A stretch of DNA of 64,000 nucleotides from Laetmonice hystrix (Eukaryota). Below the pieces are notes generated by a model that did not search any database, was not told the DNA's origin, and saw nothing but the letters and a program-made list of their open reading frames with translations. Where the stretch lies: positions 10,044,001 through 10,108,000 of the forward strand of contig OZ249445.1 of NCBI GenBank assembly GCA_965235115.1, written 5' to 3'. Each line of letters begins with the position of its first letter. The stretch's first letter is position 1. The translations under genes and the position numbers were made by a program. Positions 51,001 to 63,580 of the stretch are shown here, in pieces.

Positions 51001-54000
51001 CTTTCAAGGTTTCACAAAAGTGCCGCCAGTAGGCGCTGGTGTGGATTGACCGTTTCGAGAATGGGTGGCGCGTTGGTGTATTGTGGGCGGGGCCTCCGGC
51101 CGTGGGGAAATAACACCACCACCAACGCAAGGGGTCACTCAGTAAAACGGGGGCATAAAATGTATTTGATTTTTTAGAAAATTTAAATCTGGGGAAGTGA
51201 GTGAGGAATGTGGCGGGGCGCACATAATCCCACAAGGGCGGATTTAGAGGGGGCGAGGGGGCCGCGCCTCCCCCACTTTCGTCGGGTGCCAATCAGAAAA
51301 AAACGCAAAATTTTGTTGTTTGCAACTGTAAAAGCAAACATTTTGCTTTCTCAGAATGCAGGAAATGCCATTTCACAGACTCTATAGGCCTAAATGTTCC
51401 AAAATTGTCCCCCTTTTCCAACCGCCCCCCCCCCCTTTTCCTAAATCCTGGATCCGCCCCTGCTTGGTATTCTTGAAGGTATTGTGTTTTCCCCAAAATA
51501 TTCCACCCTTTTAATAGTTTTATTGGTATATTTGACTGCAATTCAACAGGGAGATGTTTAAAACAATAAGAAATCGCTTTATGCTACACTGTTTGTAGTT
51601 CCCCGCTCCTGCAGTGAGTGGCGTAAAGGCGGCTTTACCCAGAAAGGTATGTACCTAATTGACCCTGACGGGATGGAGGACACGGCGCCATTCTCAGTGG
51701 AGTGTGACATGAAGCAGGATGAGGCGGCCGCCATCATCCACCACGACCAGGAGAAACGGTCACAGGTCAAAGGACACGAGGACTCGGGCAGTTACAACGT
51801 ACCCGTCACATACAAGGGTATATATCCTCCATCATATTTCTCGTGTAACCAGGAAGAAAAAGTCATATCAGAAACTTACAATAACACTTAAAATCCTGTT
51901 GCTAGTTTTTCACTTTTAGGGCTCAGGTTTTGACAAATTATAACATTGATTGCATTTATAACTGGCTGTAGGTGTCAGCAGAGAGCAACTGGCGTCACTG
52001 ACTTCCAACTCCTACCGCTGTACTCAGTTCCTCAAGTGGGAATGTAAGGGTGCGGCGATATCCCGGGAAACATGGTGGGTGAATGCTCATGGTGAGGCCA
52101 TGCCGTACTGGGCGGGAGGCAAAGTACGCGGGTGTGCTTGTCTACAAAACAACACCTGCCAGGGAGGTAAGTTCACCAAATCACCACCAGTCGTTGTAAA
52201 TTGCTCCAAATTGTTTCAACAGGAGAACAGTATATCCGCATCAAAACATGAATTGCAAGACAAATTTATTAATTTACTTACGTTAGCCAGTTATTATTAG
52301 TCTAGGTAACATGCTAGAGTGGAATTGGTTTGGACTCTCAACTCTTACTCCCTGCTACTGTTTAGGTAACTTGTGTAACTGTGACGCCAACTCGGACACC
52401 AAGTGGACGTCCGACGCTGGGTTCATCTCGGAGAAGGAGGACCTCCCAGTGAGCAGGCTCCAGTTTGGTGACACTGGGAGCTCCCTGGAGGAAGGCTACT
52501 TCACGCTCGGACCTCTCTACTGTTTCTCCAGTAAGATACACTACTCATCCTTACTTCTCACAGCAGGTTTCACAGCCCATGGTGACTGCTCACAGCTAGG
52601 GCAAATTGTGTTATCCTTACTTCTCACAGCAGGTTTCACAGCCCATGGTGACTGCTCACAGCTATGGCAAATTGTGTGTTTTGGCTACCAAGACATTGTA
52701 CCAGAGGCACGCTACTCTGGGTGTGGCACTGGACACATTTGATTTGTCCTTACTTCAAACAATATGACTGAACGTTTTATGATAGTGAAATTGTGAAGAT
52801 GCCTGGAAATAGTTTGGACTGTTTGCCATCTTGTATTCCAGGTTAAATCCACATGTACATGTCATTTCAATAGCCTAAACAATTGGCCCTTGAATCTGAT
52901 TATTTCAACCATATTTAGAATGGAATCCATTGTTCTTCAGACAAGACGAACCCATATGAAACAAGCAATGCCTTCATGCCAGTGGAGATCTACCCACCAT
53001 TTAACGTCTTCTGTGACCTGGAAGGATGGATTGTGATTGCTCGCCGTAATGCAGGAAGCTCACTCACATTTGACCGTGACTGGAGCGAGTATCGGAATGG
53101 CTTTGGCAAACTGGAGGATGAGTTCTGGCTTGGCCTTGAAAAACTACATCACCTAACTGGCCAGGACAAGAGCTACACATTACAGGTACACTTTTCTATC
53201 CACTAGTAACCTCCAGGTGCCAGTTCATTAAGTCGTGATATTATGCACAGTGCAATCCCCTACATGTGATGACAGATATAATCCCTATAATATCATCTGT
53301 AAATTTCTCTTCCTTCTAGATGTCGTTTGCCTCAGGAAAGGGCATCAGATACTATGCACAGTACACTCACTTCCACGTGTCAAGTGAAACCGATGGCTAC
53401 CGTCTGTACATTGGACACTACACGGGGACCATCATTGACGCACTCTCGGCAGCCTACGGTCAACTATTCTCAACCCGCGACAAGGACCAGGACCAGTGGA
53501 ATGATGGCTCATGTGCCAAGCACGCACAGGTGCCCCCTCCCGGCGGATGGTGGTACACAGACTGTGGCAAAGTTTTCTTGTTTGGTGAGAAAATCATCTG
53601 GGGTGCCATTGATGATATGAAGTACGTGGAAATGAAGATTAAACCGATGGCATGAGTGTCACATTCTAGGAGGACGAATTCTAACCTGGAGAATCAGTTA
53701 CACCTAGTATGATAGTGACTAAAACACAGACTGTCCTAGTCCTGTCTTGTTTGTGCCACTTAGATAGGCGTTTAGGAGGATTATGCTAATTCCATGTGCA
53801 TAGTTTTTTTTTGTATTGTTAGCATGTTGTTGTAAATATGGAAAAATAAAGTTAATGACTTTTAGATTTCAATAAATTCTGCATTTTGTTTCCTCCAATT
53901 TTAAATTTCAAATATACATGTACTATTTATCTTTTAGAATCAGCGAATGTTAGTGGTTTTAAAAAGTAAAAGTGAACAACCTACAACTTAATTTTCATCA

Positions 54001-57000
54001 ACATGACGAAGCTGGATTGGTTATCCTGCAGAACGTCCAAATTACCACTCTTCTTCACTGTACCCAGTGAAACCAAAATACTTTTAATATATAGATCTGG
54101 GATTTTAAAAAGACGTATCATGTGGCAGTGGTCTCGTATTGAGACAAGCTAGGATAGGTACACACTGCTCACCGGCGCCCTCTTGCGGAGACGAGTAGGG
54201 TTAATCCCCCTAGTGGACAAATCTCGTACTATATATCCCTCAGACGGTTTAATGCACTTTATTTCCTTTCCAAAAACCTTACGCAGACTAAAGATTCGGC
54301 TAACATTGCACAAATATGCACTTATATATATACCATTCTCTGCAAGTTCCAATACTAGCATGCGTCATACTAATATTGCAAATATATATAATAAAGGGCC
54401 TAGATATGCACACAATGAAAGTCACTACTGTTCAACAATGTTCAACAATGGAGTGACCATTAAATTTCTTACCACACAAGATTTTAAAACAGACCTAGAA
54501 TAACTGCATCACTGGAAAACGGCCCATGCAGAATCAGGATTAAAAGCATTTTATCATTTTTTAAAAGAAACATTCACTGAACGCTTCCACCGCTGGGTTG
54601 AGTCTAAGATTTGTCTTGCTAGGTCTTACCTGAAAGCTATTCGTCCAGTTGATGAGATTTGCAATGATCTTTGCATGATCTGCGATGATATTGTCCAATT
54701 GTTGTAGGGGGCCATGGTAGTAGTCATCTGAAATCATGATTCAAATTTCACTCTGGAATGAAACTCCATAAATAATGGAACTAAAAGTTAAAAGATCAAG
54801 TCACTACCAATACACACACACACATCATCCTGTGTCTTACCTTTCTCTTCATTAATAGCAGCTAAAAATCCAGGTTCCAGAGCCTGGCTGATGAGAATTT
54901 GTATATAGACCATGAAGGCAGACATCAGTTCATCTTCTTCTTCGGGGCTGAGAAAAAAAAGAGAAAAGAAAATTCTTACATCTGCCAATCATTTTTCCTC
55001 TGAAAACTTTAGAGATGCATCTGATTTTTTTTACCCATGCTACTTCTGCACCCACCTCTCCTCGACTGGTCTGGGTCGGAACTCCTCTAGCACCTCAACC
55101 TGCTCCAGTGTCCCGCGACCAGAATAGAAGATGCGAACCTTGATTGCCCGGAACTGATGTCGTGCACTATCAGACCAGCTCGAGTACTGTAAATACAAAT
55201 AATACACTGTTTTCCGAACCTTTTATTTTTGTACATAAATCAGCCCAGAATAATAAATGTTTCCTCAAAAGTATATTTGCATATGTTTAAAGAAAGTTAA
55301 AAATCCAGAATATTTGCTAAAATAAAATTATTTTGTAGCTTGCTGTATTTTCCCCTCATAATGGACACTACTAAATATATTGCGCTCACCGTGGACAAGG
55401 CCTGGTGCAATATACGACCATCCTTATTTATTAACTCAAACTTCTGTAGTAGGCGTCCAGCGTCAATCTTCCAGATAGGATACGAGTCGTAATTTTTTAA
55501 GTCCTTCTTTTCCAAGACAAATTCGCCCTTCTGTATTGAAAATAATTTAAAACATGTCACAAAGCTTTTGCATATTTTTCAAATGAGGTCTTTCAACAAC
55601 TTTGTCTGGTTTTACCTGAGAGGGTGGCACAACAAGACTCCTCCAGTACTGCACTGCACTCTGCACACAACCTCAGCTGTAATGTAATCTGCCATACATC
55701 ACAGCCAATAGCAGTACTGTAGACAAGAATGCACTGATTCAGTATCGACACAAGGAATTCTCCCTGTTCTCTTACATTCCCTGACAGTTCTGTCACAGGA
55801 ATATTTGACGACTTACCAAGATAATGGAAAGCATGATTTGAGCAAAACTTACTGTGAACTTGTGAACTGGTTCTTCTTCATCATCTGAGGGTAGGTGGAC
55901 AGGTTCTGGTACAGGATCATTGACCAGGTCATCAGCAGTTGTTCTGGCCTCTGTTTGAGGGGTTAAGGGCGCACCCCGGTACACTGTCTGAACACCACGG
56001 CCCCTCAATGAAGAGCGACCCCGGCTACAAATTCAAATTTATAATGTCACACACATTACCACAGGTTAAAGTTTTCAGGAACCTAAGACGAAAGATTCAT
56101 TCTTATAAACATTAAATACTATGGCTTCCATTACACAAAGTATCAGTATCAAACACAATGCTGATTAATTCTTACTTAAATCTTGGGGTAGTGACACGGA
56201 ATTTCTTCCCCCGTCCTCCAAGTGCTCTCCGACTACCATCTTCATCATCAGAATCCACTCGTCCCGTCACTATGTCTGGCTGAAGTACAAATATATTGTG
56301 TGAGATAACACTACAGCTAGGAACACAGTTCTAACTTACAGTAATACCATGCTACAGATGTTATATCTGTCACCGGTTAACAATCTTTCATATTTTCTGA
56401 GTGAAGTCTTGATCACCGTCTATTGTCAACTCTGATTTTCTTTTTTCATAGAACACTTGATGACAAGGGCACCCTTACCAAAGCTGTTGGTCTCCATGCA
56501 GGGTCTTTGTCCGAATCATAATCCTTTTCCTCAGGTTCATCTTCTTCACTAGACAGAGACACGAAATCTTCTATACCAGATCCAGAGCCTCCTCCCTTAC
56601 TATGTCGCTGTTTCTCTAAAACCACATTGTTTCAGTAGAATAAAATATGTCGCCATCCAGCAGAGACTTCAAAATGACACTATGACCATGTCTTAGTGGG
56701 CATCTCCTTAAGTTCTGACATTCTGGATTTCAAATGTGTCATGTTCAATCTGATTTACCTGTACATTTCAGATTTTTCTTAGATTTTTACTTCCCAAAAA
56801 ACTTTAGTCTTTGGTAAAGTTGAGGTATAACTCATGAAACCTGCTCATCCTTCATTGAACTTCAGTTACCCCACAAAGCAATTTTATTGCCACATTAAAT
56901 CATTCTGATAATATGGTCTTAATCTTTCAAGCCTGACAGTGACAACAGACTGAAAGAACCATCTTGGAATCTATGAAACAATCCCCCCTTCCCCAACAGA

Positions 57001-60000
57001 CATTATGGCCATATGGTGTTCCAAAATAGGTATTCATTTTCTTGAAAAATCAAAAGAAAACAGACTTCCCGTATTTCCAATCCTCACAAATGCCTACCCA
57101 AAAACAAAATGCATCCTTTACCAAACGTAATAAGATGGAAATATCTTGTACACTATGTTTAATAGGGCTAACAGATCATCTTAAGACAAAAGGTCAGGTG
57201 CCAGTAACTGTTTTTGTGCATAGTGAATGATAATGTGTTAAAATGGAGAGATTGCAGCCAATTAAGGTAGGTTTTCCTTCCTCCTACAAACCTGTCTGCC
57301 AACTAACCTTTTCTGCCTTCTGGTGTTTTTTCTAAAACCAAAACAGATACTTAGGTTCAGCATTTATGTTATACATGCTGCAGCCCGCATGCTCAGCCCT
57401 TCGTCAGAACAGTGCAGAAACTACAGAATGAAGTTTAAAACTTCTAAGCCACAATATATAATAAGGGTTGTATCAGGGAAAACACTGACCAAAAATCAGT
57501 TCATTTTAATAAAAGCTGAAAAGATATGTTTTGACAGAGGGGAAACAAATAATGTTATGTTGTCCTCAGAACTAAACCAAGCCAAGTCTCCATGCTGTGT
57601 GCCAGTAAGCATCTCTTCATAAAATAACTTTTGAGTGTACAGACATCCACGCTGATTCACATAGAATGAGACGTCCTTCATTGTCATGTTTTAAAAAATG
57701 GTCTTTGTGTTGGAAGGGTGTAGAATATGCATATATATGCTTTATAAAAAAAAATTGTTAGTGTGACAGTGGTTGCAATTTTGTGGGGCTGCAAGTAGCT
57801 AGCTCATAATGATAATTGACTCACTCCTGGCTTGTCTCTCCTTTCGCTTCTCCTCGACCTTGACCTTGGCTTGCCGAGATGTCCTCTCCCTAAGTGGAAG
57901 TGGGGATGGTGCCTTTCTCTTGGGTACAGGCTGTGGTATATATAGTGGCAATGCTAGTTAAATATGCAAAGCCTACCTATGATACATAAATTAATGCTCC
58001 ACATTGTTTGACAAGACAATTGCTCAGGACAACTACATCAATAGAAAATGAAGATTGTGAAAACATAATTTATTAACCTTTGACTTGACGACCTCATCAC
58101 CACTGCCTTCTGGATTAAAATCATCATCTTCAGGATCCAAACTTGCTTTCCTTTTCTTAATACCAGTGACACGACCCCGCCCTCGACTCTTCCCTCTACC
58201 TCGTCCACGACGAACGACTAGCATTGGTATAGAGTCCAAAGTGGCAGAACTACTGCTGTCTTCACCACTTAGATTAGAGATGACATTTCTAAGGGCCTCC
58301 TTCATGTTTCCTTGCGTGTCTTCATCATCAGAGAATGCCACAGGCTCATCAATTTTAGAAGAACTTTTGATTAAGCCTTCTTCCCCCTTGGACACCTTTT
58401 CCCGGTCTTTTGTACTGAATGGAAAAACAGGGCGGGGATCGGGGACATACTTTGGCATTGGAGGTCTTGGAGTGTTACTGTTTGTTACACTAGAAAGAGT
58501 TTCTGGTTTTTTCCCCTGTAAAAAGCTGAGGAAAGAGTTCTGGAAGGCACTGGTTGACGTGGGCTGGACTGGTTCAGACTCAGATATATTTGCATCATTG
58601 TTTTGTTTACTGTTTGTGATTATTGGTGGTTCAACTAGGTGAGCAAATTCATCGTCAATCTCAGTTGGCCTTGGCATAGTGGGCATAACTTTCTGTTGTG
58701 CCTTGGTTCGACGAGATTTGGGTTTCGTTTCCATGTAATCCATAGGGTCAGGCTTGGGGTCGGACCCGGGTACTGTCCCAAGGGCTGTATTGGGATTTAC
58801 AAATGCATTCCCAAATGTGTTTGTCATAAAGACTTGGTCGGCAGCAAGCACATCTTTTGTTGCCATAACAGAGTCAGACGATGTATAATCCAGGGTTGAG
58901 GTTGTAGGGGAACTGAACGTTTGGCATGTTGGGACATCAGAGAACTGTGGATCAGGGATGTGGCCTGCAGCTGACCCTTGGACCGGAAAAATGGGGTTGA
59001 TAGCTGGAGGAGCCTGCTCGTGTTGGTAAAGTTGGTCTTGGGGAAGCGTTACCACTGGTCCTGGAGCCTGCTGGCTCACCTCAAATGTTGTAGGTGTCAT
59101 GTGCTCCAGGCCTGCGACTGTGTTTTTGTCTTTGCGTTTGCGTGTCCGCCGCTTGGGTCTGGTGGTTGAGTCTGGTACAGCCTGGACTGGGATTGGTGTT
59201 GGCTGAACAGTAGAACTGGAATGTTGTGGACTACCCAGAGATATCCCCACCTGGAGGACAAACACACACGTTTTTCACTCCACCTATCTCAAGGAACAAC
59301 TCTAACTATTAGGAGATTTAGCTTGATCTTGTCTCAGCTAATAAGATCTATTTCGCAAAGATAATATTCATGATATATATATGGGCGTACATAAAAACTT
59401 AAAACTCTAAGGTATCCTGTTGACTCTTAAATCTGACCTAGAGTTGGCGTAAATGTGCACAATACCTGTGGACTGCCGACACTGACAGGTGATTGTTGCG
59501 GCATTGGATTGAGCCGAGTCATTGAGCCCGGCTCTGACATTGGACCAACTATGTGACTGCCTTGTGGCGACCTCATGTGGCCATGAGGGCTTGTTAGTCT
59601 TGACTGACGCTCCTGCAATCAACACCAAATTAACCGAAAGCAATGATATGTAAAAACATTAGATGCTGGTCTTTTTGATTTTAACATAATGAGCTTCACT
59701 TTTGGGTAAAATTCCCTTACTAGACTTGAATTAAATCAATTTAGCTTTAAAAATACACTGTGGGATACCAAAATGGCACACTTCTGCTGTAAAATTTGGC
59801 CAACTTAAAATAATTAAGACAGCCATGCTACAATTCATGGCAATATTTGATATGCTTCATGTTTTGTAGGTGTCAAAACTAATAGTCTAACAACCCTTCA
59901 TGGGCCAAATGAGATAGACAACGTACCTGCAAGGGTAGTTTCTCCTGGTTGGAGCTGATGTCTGCAAGGTCCTGTAGGGACATGGCTGTGTTGAAAGAGT

Positions 60001-60322
60001 CATTTGTCTGTGAGTCAGGGATTGGGGCTGCAGGACTCACTGCCTCGTAACTCATGGAGCTGGTGCCATCCTGGCCTCCCATTTTGGTGGTGCTCACATA
60101 GGTGGTGGTTCCCATGGCTGGGCTATAGCTACAACAGATATTCCAGGTTATCAAAGTATGCACAATATTACAGACAGCTGCACCTGGCTATCAGATATCT
60201 CAAAGCTCTCTCAAAGCAACCCTTAAGTGGTACCTGAATGGGCTGTGGCCATGTGGCGCCTGTTGGGATTGCTGTGCCAACTGTGGTGAGCTGGGATAGC
60301 TTTGATGGTTGGTAATACGTGA

Positions 60323-60407
<85 letters not shown>

Positions 60408-61692
60408 TGATGCTGACTGCTCACTGGTCGACCACCCTCATTATGATCATAGGACTGAAAATATATTTCAAAAAGAAGTGAGACCAACATGTTTAAATTT
60501 AATACCTAATCATAATGCAAAATTGCAACATTCTTGACACATACACTGACAATACTGCTGATAATACGCAAAATATTCAACGATGATGAAATTTAAATTA
60601 TATCTCTAACGTAATCACAATATTAAGACACTGAAATAATACATCCAATGTCCTAAATTCAGACATGAAGGAGATCTGAAATACCTACTGTGTAGTGAGA
60701 GTGTGCTGTTGGTGGCTCACGTTCTGTACTGACTGGAGGGCTGTAGGTGGTTTGATTACTACGATTGCCTCCAGAGTGCGCTGGTTGAAGGGTCTGTGAG
60801 TATTCCTTGTACGGGTTGCGTTGAATGGTACTTGCCCTGTGTCCCGTCTGGGAGCCTGAGTGAGCTGGTGGAGGCTCAATACTTGGGGTGAATCCAGTAC
60901 TGGTCACGTGGTCACCAACATACTGAATCCCTGGCACTGTTGTCACGGGCACAAAACTAGTTAGGCCCCATGCCTTTGCAGTGTCATTGAAAATGGAAGT
61001 TGGTGACGGAGTGGTTGTGTAGGATGGCACCAGGTCCTTAGCCACATGAGAATCAGTGAAAGACAAGGCTTTGCTGATTGCTGCCGGTGATGCTGTCATG
61101 GACAGCCGCCCCTCCTGTAGTTTGTTTGGAGACTCAAGGGTATATGCCGGTTGACCAACAGTAACTGTTTTATAGGGTGACTGCTGCGAGGTTGCCAGAG
61201 AGGTTACAGAATCAAGGAACTGTGACATGGTCCCCAGCGCTGGATGGGTATAGTTCATCGTAGGTATTCCAGCAATTGGACGTGGTGGGGAAAGCGTTGT
61301 GTGGGCTGGCAGTGGTGGGGACAATGCCCCAAGGCCTGCAAAGGGACACAAAAACTCTGCTTTCAATATTCAAACTGTGATTAGTACTTGCAGTGTTAGG
61401 ATCATCTTTGCTTTGTTTTCTACACCCCCAAAAAAGCACCTTCTCTACTTCAGCCATCTACTTTTCCCACCACCGTTATCAAGATTATTAATACTCCTCA
61501 ATTTACAGTGGAGCAACACACTCATTTTGCATTTGATACTGGAGCCAACTACTTCTACCTTTAATTACCTTGGCTTGCTAACGTTGATTGGTCAAGCAAT
61601 GAGAGGTCAATCCTAGGGTTTGTGGTCATTCCCGGACCTGAACTCAGACGACTATAAGCCTGGTTGTAGGTATTCCAATGGTTAGGATCCAT
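39057..61692 (-). CDS. QSER1: QSER1/PRR12-family chromatin protein, 17 coding exons, ~1260 aa (polyQ, AT-hook-like RGRG, DUF4211-like C-terminus)
   Basis: Exons in transcript order: 61692-61569, 61335-60689, 60454-60234, 60128-59927, 59250-58078, 57930-57825, 56615-56479, 56279-56176, 56024-55853, 55530-55390, 55186-55056, 54947-54841, 54727-54630, 40147-39971, 39776-39681, 39447-39361, 39116-39057. Total 3783 nt, phase-consistent. Motifs recalled from the family: FQNSFLSFLQG, FMVYIQILISQALEPGFL, FPEL..SGNFYDRDTL..YHGLYHFRYNLYLRC..QCLQNRDWVKKLF. The symbol indicates family membership; orthology was not tested. Confidence 0.82.
44132..53655 (+). CDS. Secreted fibrinogen-related protein (signal peptide, angiopoietin-like N-terminus and coiled coil, CASPR/COLFI-type module, fibrinogen C-terminal domain), 7 exons, ~599 aa
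   Basis: join(44132..44693,50020..50097,51599..51817,51972..52166,52366..52530,52941..53185,53320..53655) = 1800 nt, GT-AG and phase-consistent. Hydrophobic FVLQLAIVFAIWMC; CSYTFTV; PRSCSEW..GMYLIDPDG..VECDM; CNCDA..LPVSRLQFGDTG..TLGPLYC; FDRDWSEYRNGFG..EFWLGLEKLH; FSTRDKDQD..GGWWYTDC. AATAAA signals at about 53845 and 53871. Confidence 0.9.
49581..49660. promoter_or_regulatory. Nuclear-receptor half-site cluster including a perfect DR1
   Basis: AGGTCA-A-AGGTCA at 49628-49640, plus TGACCT (49581, 49596), TGACCC (49601), GGACCT (49616) and GGGTCA (49654). Confidence 0.4.
50214..50363 (-). mobile_element. MITE family A, copy 2 (truncated, inverted relative to 8715-8907)
   Basis: The reverse complement begins CAATGATGTAGCCACAGGGGG and shares the AT-rich core and the TCAGTTGGACCC segment with copy 1. 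Confidence 0.7.
51233..51462. mobile_element. MITE with CAAGGGCGGAT / ATCCGCCCCTG ends (hAT-like)
   Basis: TIR CAAGGGCGGATTTAG / CAGGGGCGGATCCAG (reverse complement). No TSD is visible. Lies in intron 2 of the nested gene. Confidence 0.65.
52547..52678. repeat. 66-bp tandem duplication in an intron
   Basis: ATCCTTACTTCTCACAGCAGGTTTCACAGCCCATGGTGACTGCTCACAGCTA(G/T)GGCAAATTGTG.. starts at 52547 and 52613. Confidence 0.9.
60323..60409 (-). repeat. Coding CAG repeat: (CAG)26 pure, Q29 in total
   Basis: Plus-strand CTG x26 at 60326-60403, flanked by TTG/CTG codons, in frame in exon 60454-60234. Confidence 0.95.
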
Positions 61693-63265
61693 CTTGTATC
61701 CAGATTTAGCAATGCAATAGAAGGCAAGTCGTAGTCTGGATGAATACAAGTGATCTTGTGAGTCACCAGTAGTTACAACACATGTTGTTTTCCAAATAAT
61801 TCCAATTGGTCAGTTTCCCTACGACCTAAAAGAAGAAAGGCAAAACATAAAATTTTACTTCAAAAATTACAGGAATTTTTATGGGTCGTCAGATGGCTGG
61901 CCAACCATTTCAGCATCTCACAAGTGAAACAAGACTTCATAGAAATCATAGCCTCCAAATGTACTGATCAATAGTATTTTCAATGTAAATAAGTGTATAT
62001 TTGATCCCTTCATCTCCGATTCATTGCGAAGCCCATCGAGTCATTATTTTTCATAACAAATAGTCTAAATCCATTAGCACAGATTAGCAATTTGTCACCC
62101 TATATAACGTCATACTAATGTGCAGTCAGGAGGACTGGGGCGACAGTGCTGCCTGAGTGCCTCCACATGGATATTACTGGAATGCCCCACTGCGCATGCG
62201 TTTCGAGACACCCATTGGCTAGCCTATGTAACACTCTCCGCTTTGCCTCGCCAGCGGGGCCTATGGGCGATGTTGGTTACTTTCAGGGGCTCCTGCTCAC
62301 CTCCATATCAGAACCCATATAAAAGGTTCCAGTCGTATATGTTCTTGCAGCCTTAGCTGTCAACTCAAAGTTGTTCCTCCCACTGTCCGAGTGTCGTTCA
62401 CTAGTGTCAGAATTAAATGCCTACCCATTGCTGCTATCGTTGGCTTTGCCATTTTGCTTCAACAACTTTACTGGGGACATTCCTATTGGCTAACCAGAAA
62501 TGCATGCTAATTTTTATGAATTGCGCCTCAGGCACTGCTGTAATCTGATTGGTTGTATGGAGTACCAAACTACATGCCTCGAATTAGAAGGTGAAAGGGG
62601 CATGGCAAAAACTTCCGTCAATACATAAGAATCAACGTCAGATTTTTCCAGGGCACAGCGGCAAATTTACGATACATGGAAACGGCACGACGGCAAATGT
62701 CGTCGAGTGAAACTAGGTGAAAAACAGATGGCGCTGCGAGTTACGCGTTTCTGAGAATAGGTAGGCAGGCGGGGGGGATCACTGGAAGCGGTTCAACCCT
62801 GTCCGTGGGAGGATGATCGGGACCGGATGATCCCACCCGGGCGCCCGTACTCAAGCCAAGGAAACCTATACTACTGCGACTGTGGAGGCTTACTGGCCTA
62901 TTACTATTATGCTATTGCATCAAATTGCAGTTTTCTAAGCCTCAGACTTATCAGAGACGGATTCAGACTGTACAGTCAGTAGTACCTACGCTACAGTAGA
63001 CTTCTACTTTCTAGGCCTACACTGCCTGCTTTGGTTTTGCATTGCCATTACTTAGTATTACTTTACTTAGTCGAGATCTAATCAGACTGCCCCATCGCTA
63101 TATCGGGCAGTTAATTGCCGCGTGCATCGTCTACTCACCGCCACACTCTATAAAAATGTATTATGTCAATCACAGTTCTATTGTGTACGCATAGTATACC
63201 TTTAATAATTCGTTTTTCGCGTGGTTAAATGCAGATAATGGGTCAAAACGAACACACACACTTAC

Positions 63266-63580
63266 GCTCACGTATGAGGTCGAGAGTCCGCCATTTTGGA
63301 ATTAGCTCCCAGCATGCCTTGCGACATGAGAGGCCGCACCTGCAGGTGCCCGGTGAATTGTGTGTTTTTCGATCATAAAGTCAGGTTCATTGTAAGTCTT
63401 ACATGTGCTCATATACATGATTGCAGTATATAGAGTCTGGGCTCCCTTGGCGCCGAATTGACAAGATAATACATCACGTTTGACAGGTCAACCACCCGGA
63501 TGTCCTATCTAGGCTCCTGTCGGAAGTGACCGGAATTCAAAACTAACAAAAGAGGGTTTAGCGAAATTCACACATGGAAG
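63266..63580. promoter_or_regulatory. Bidirectional promoter between the QSER1-like (-) and CECR2-like (+) genes, including a probable non-coding first exon of the QSER1-like gene
   Basis: Minus-strand donor GTAAGT at 63265-63260; YY1 CCGCCATTTT (63288-63297); ZNF143/Staf-like CTCCCAGCATGCCTTGCG (63306-63323); ETS CGGAAGTG (63521). A further NRF1 palindrome TGCGCATGCG lies at 62191. Confidence 0.65.

Noticed and set aside
58085-58642. 185-aa plus-strand ORF
   Set aside because: Antisense shadow of the large QSER1-like exon.
60319-60537. Poly-alanine ORF on the plus strand
   Set aside because: Antisense reading of the CAG repeat.
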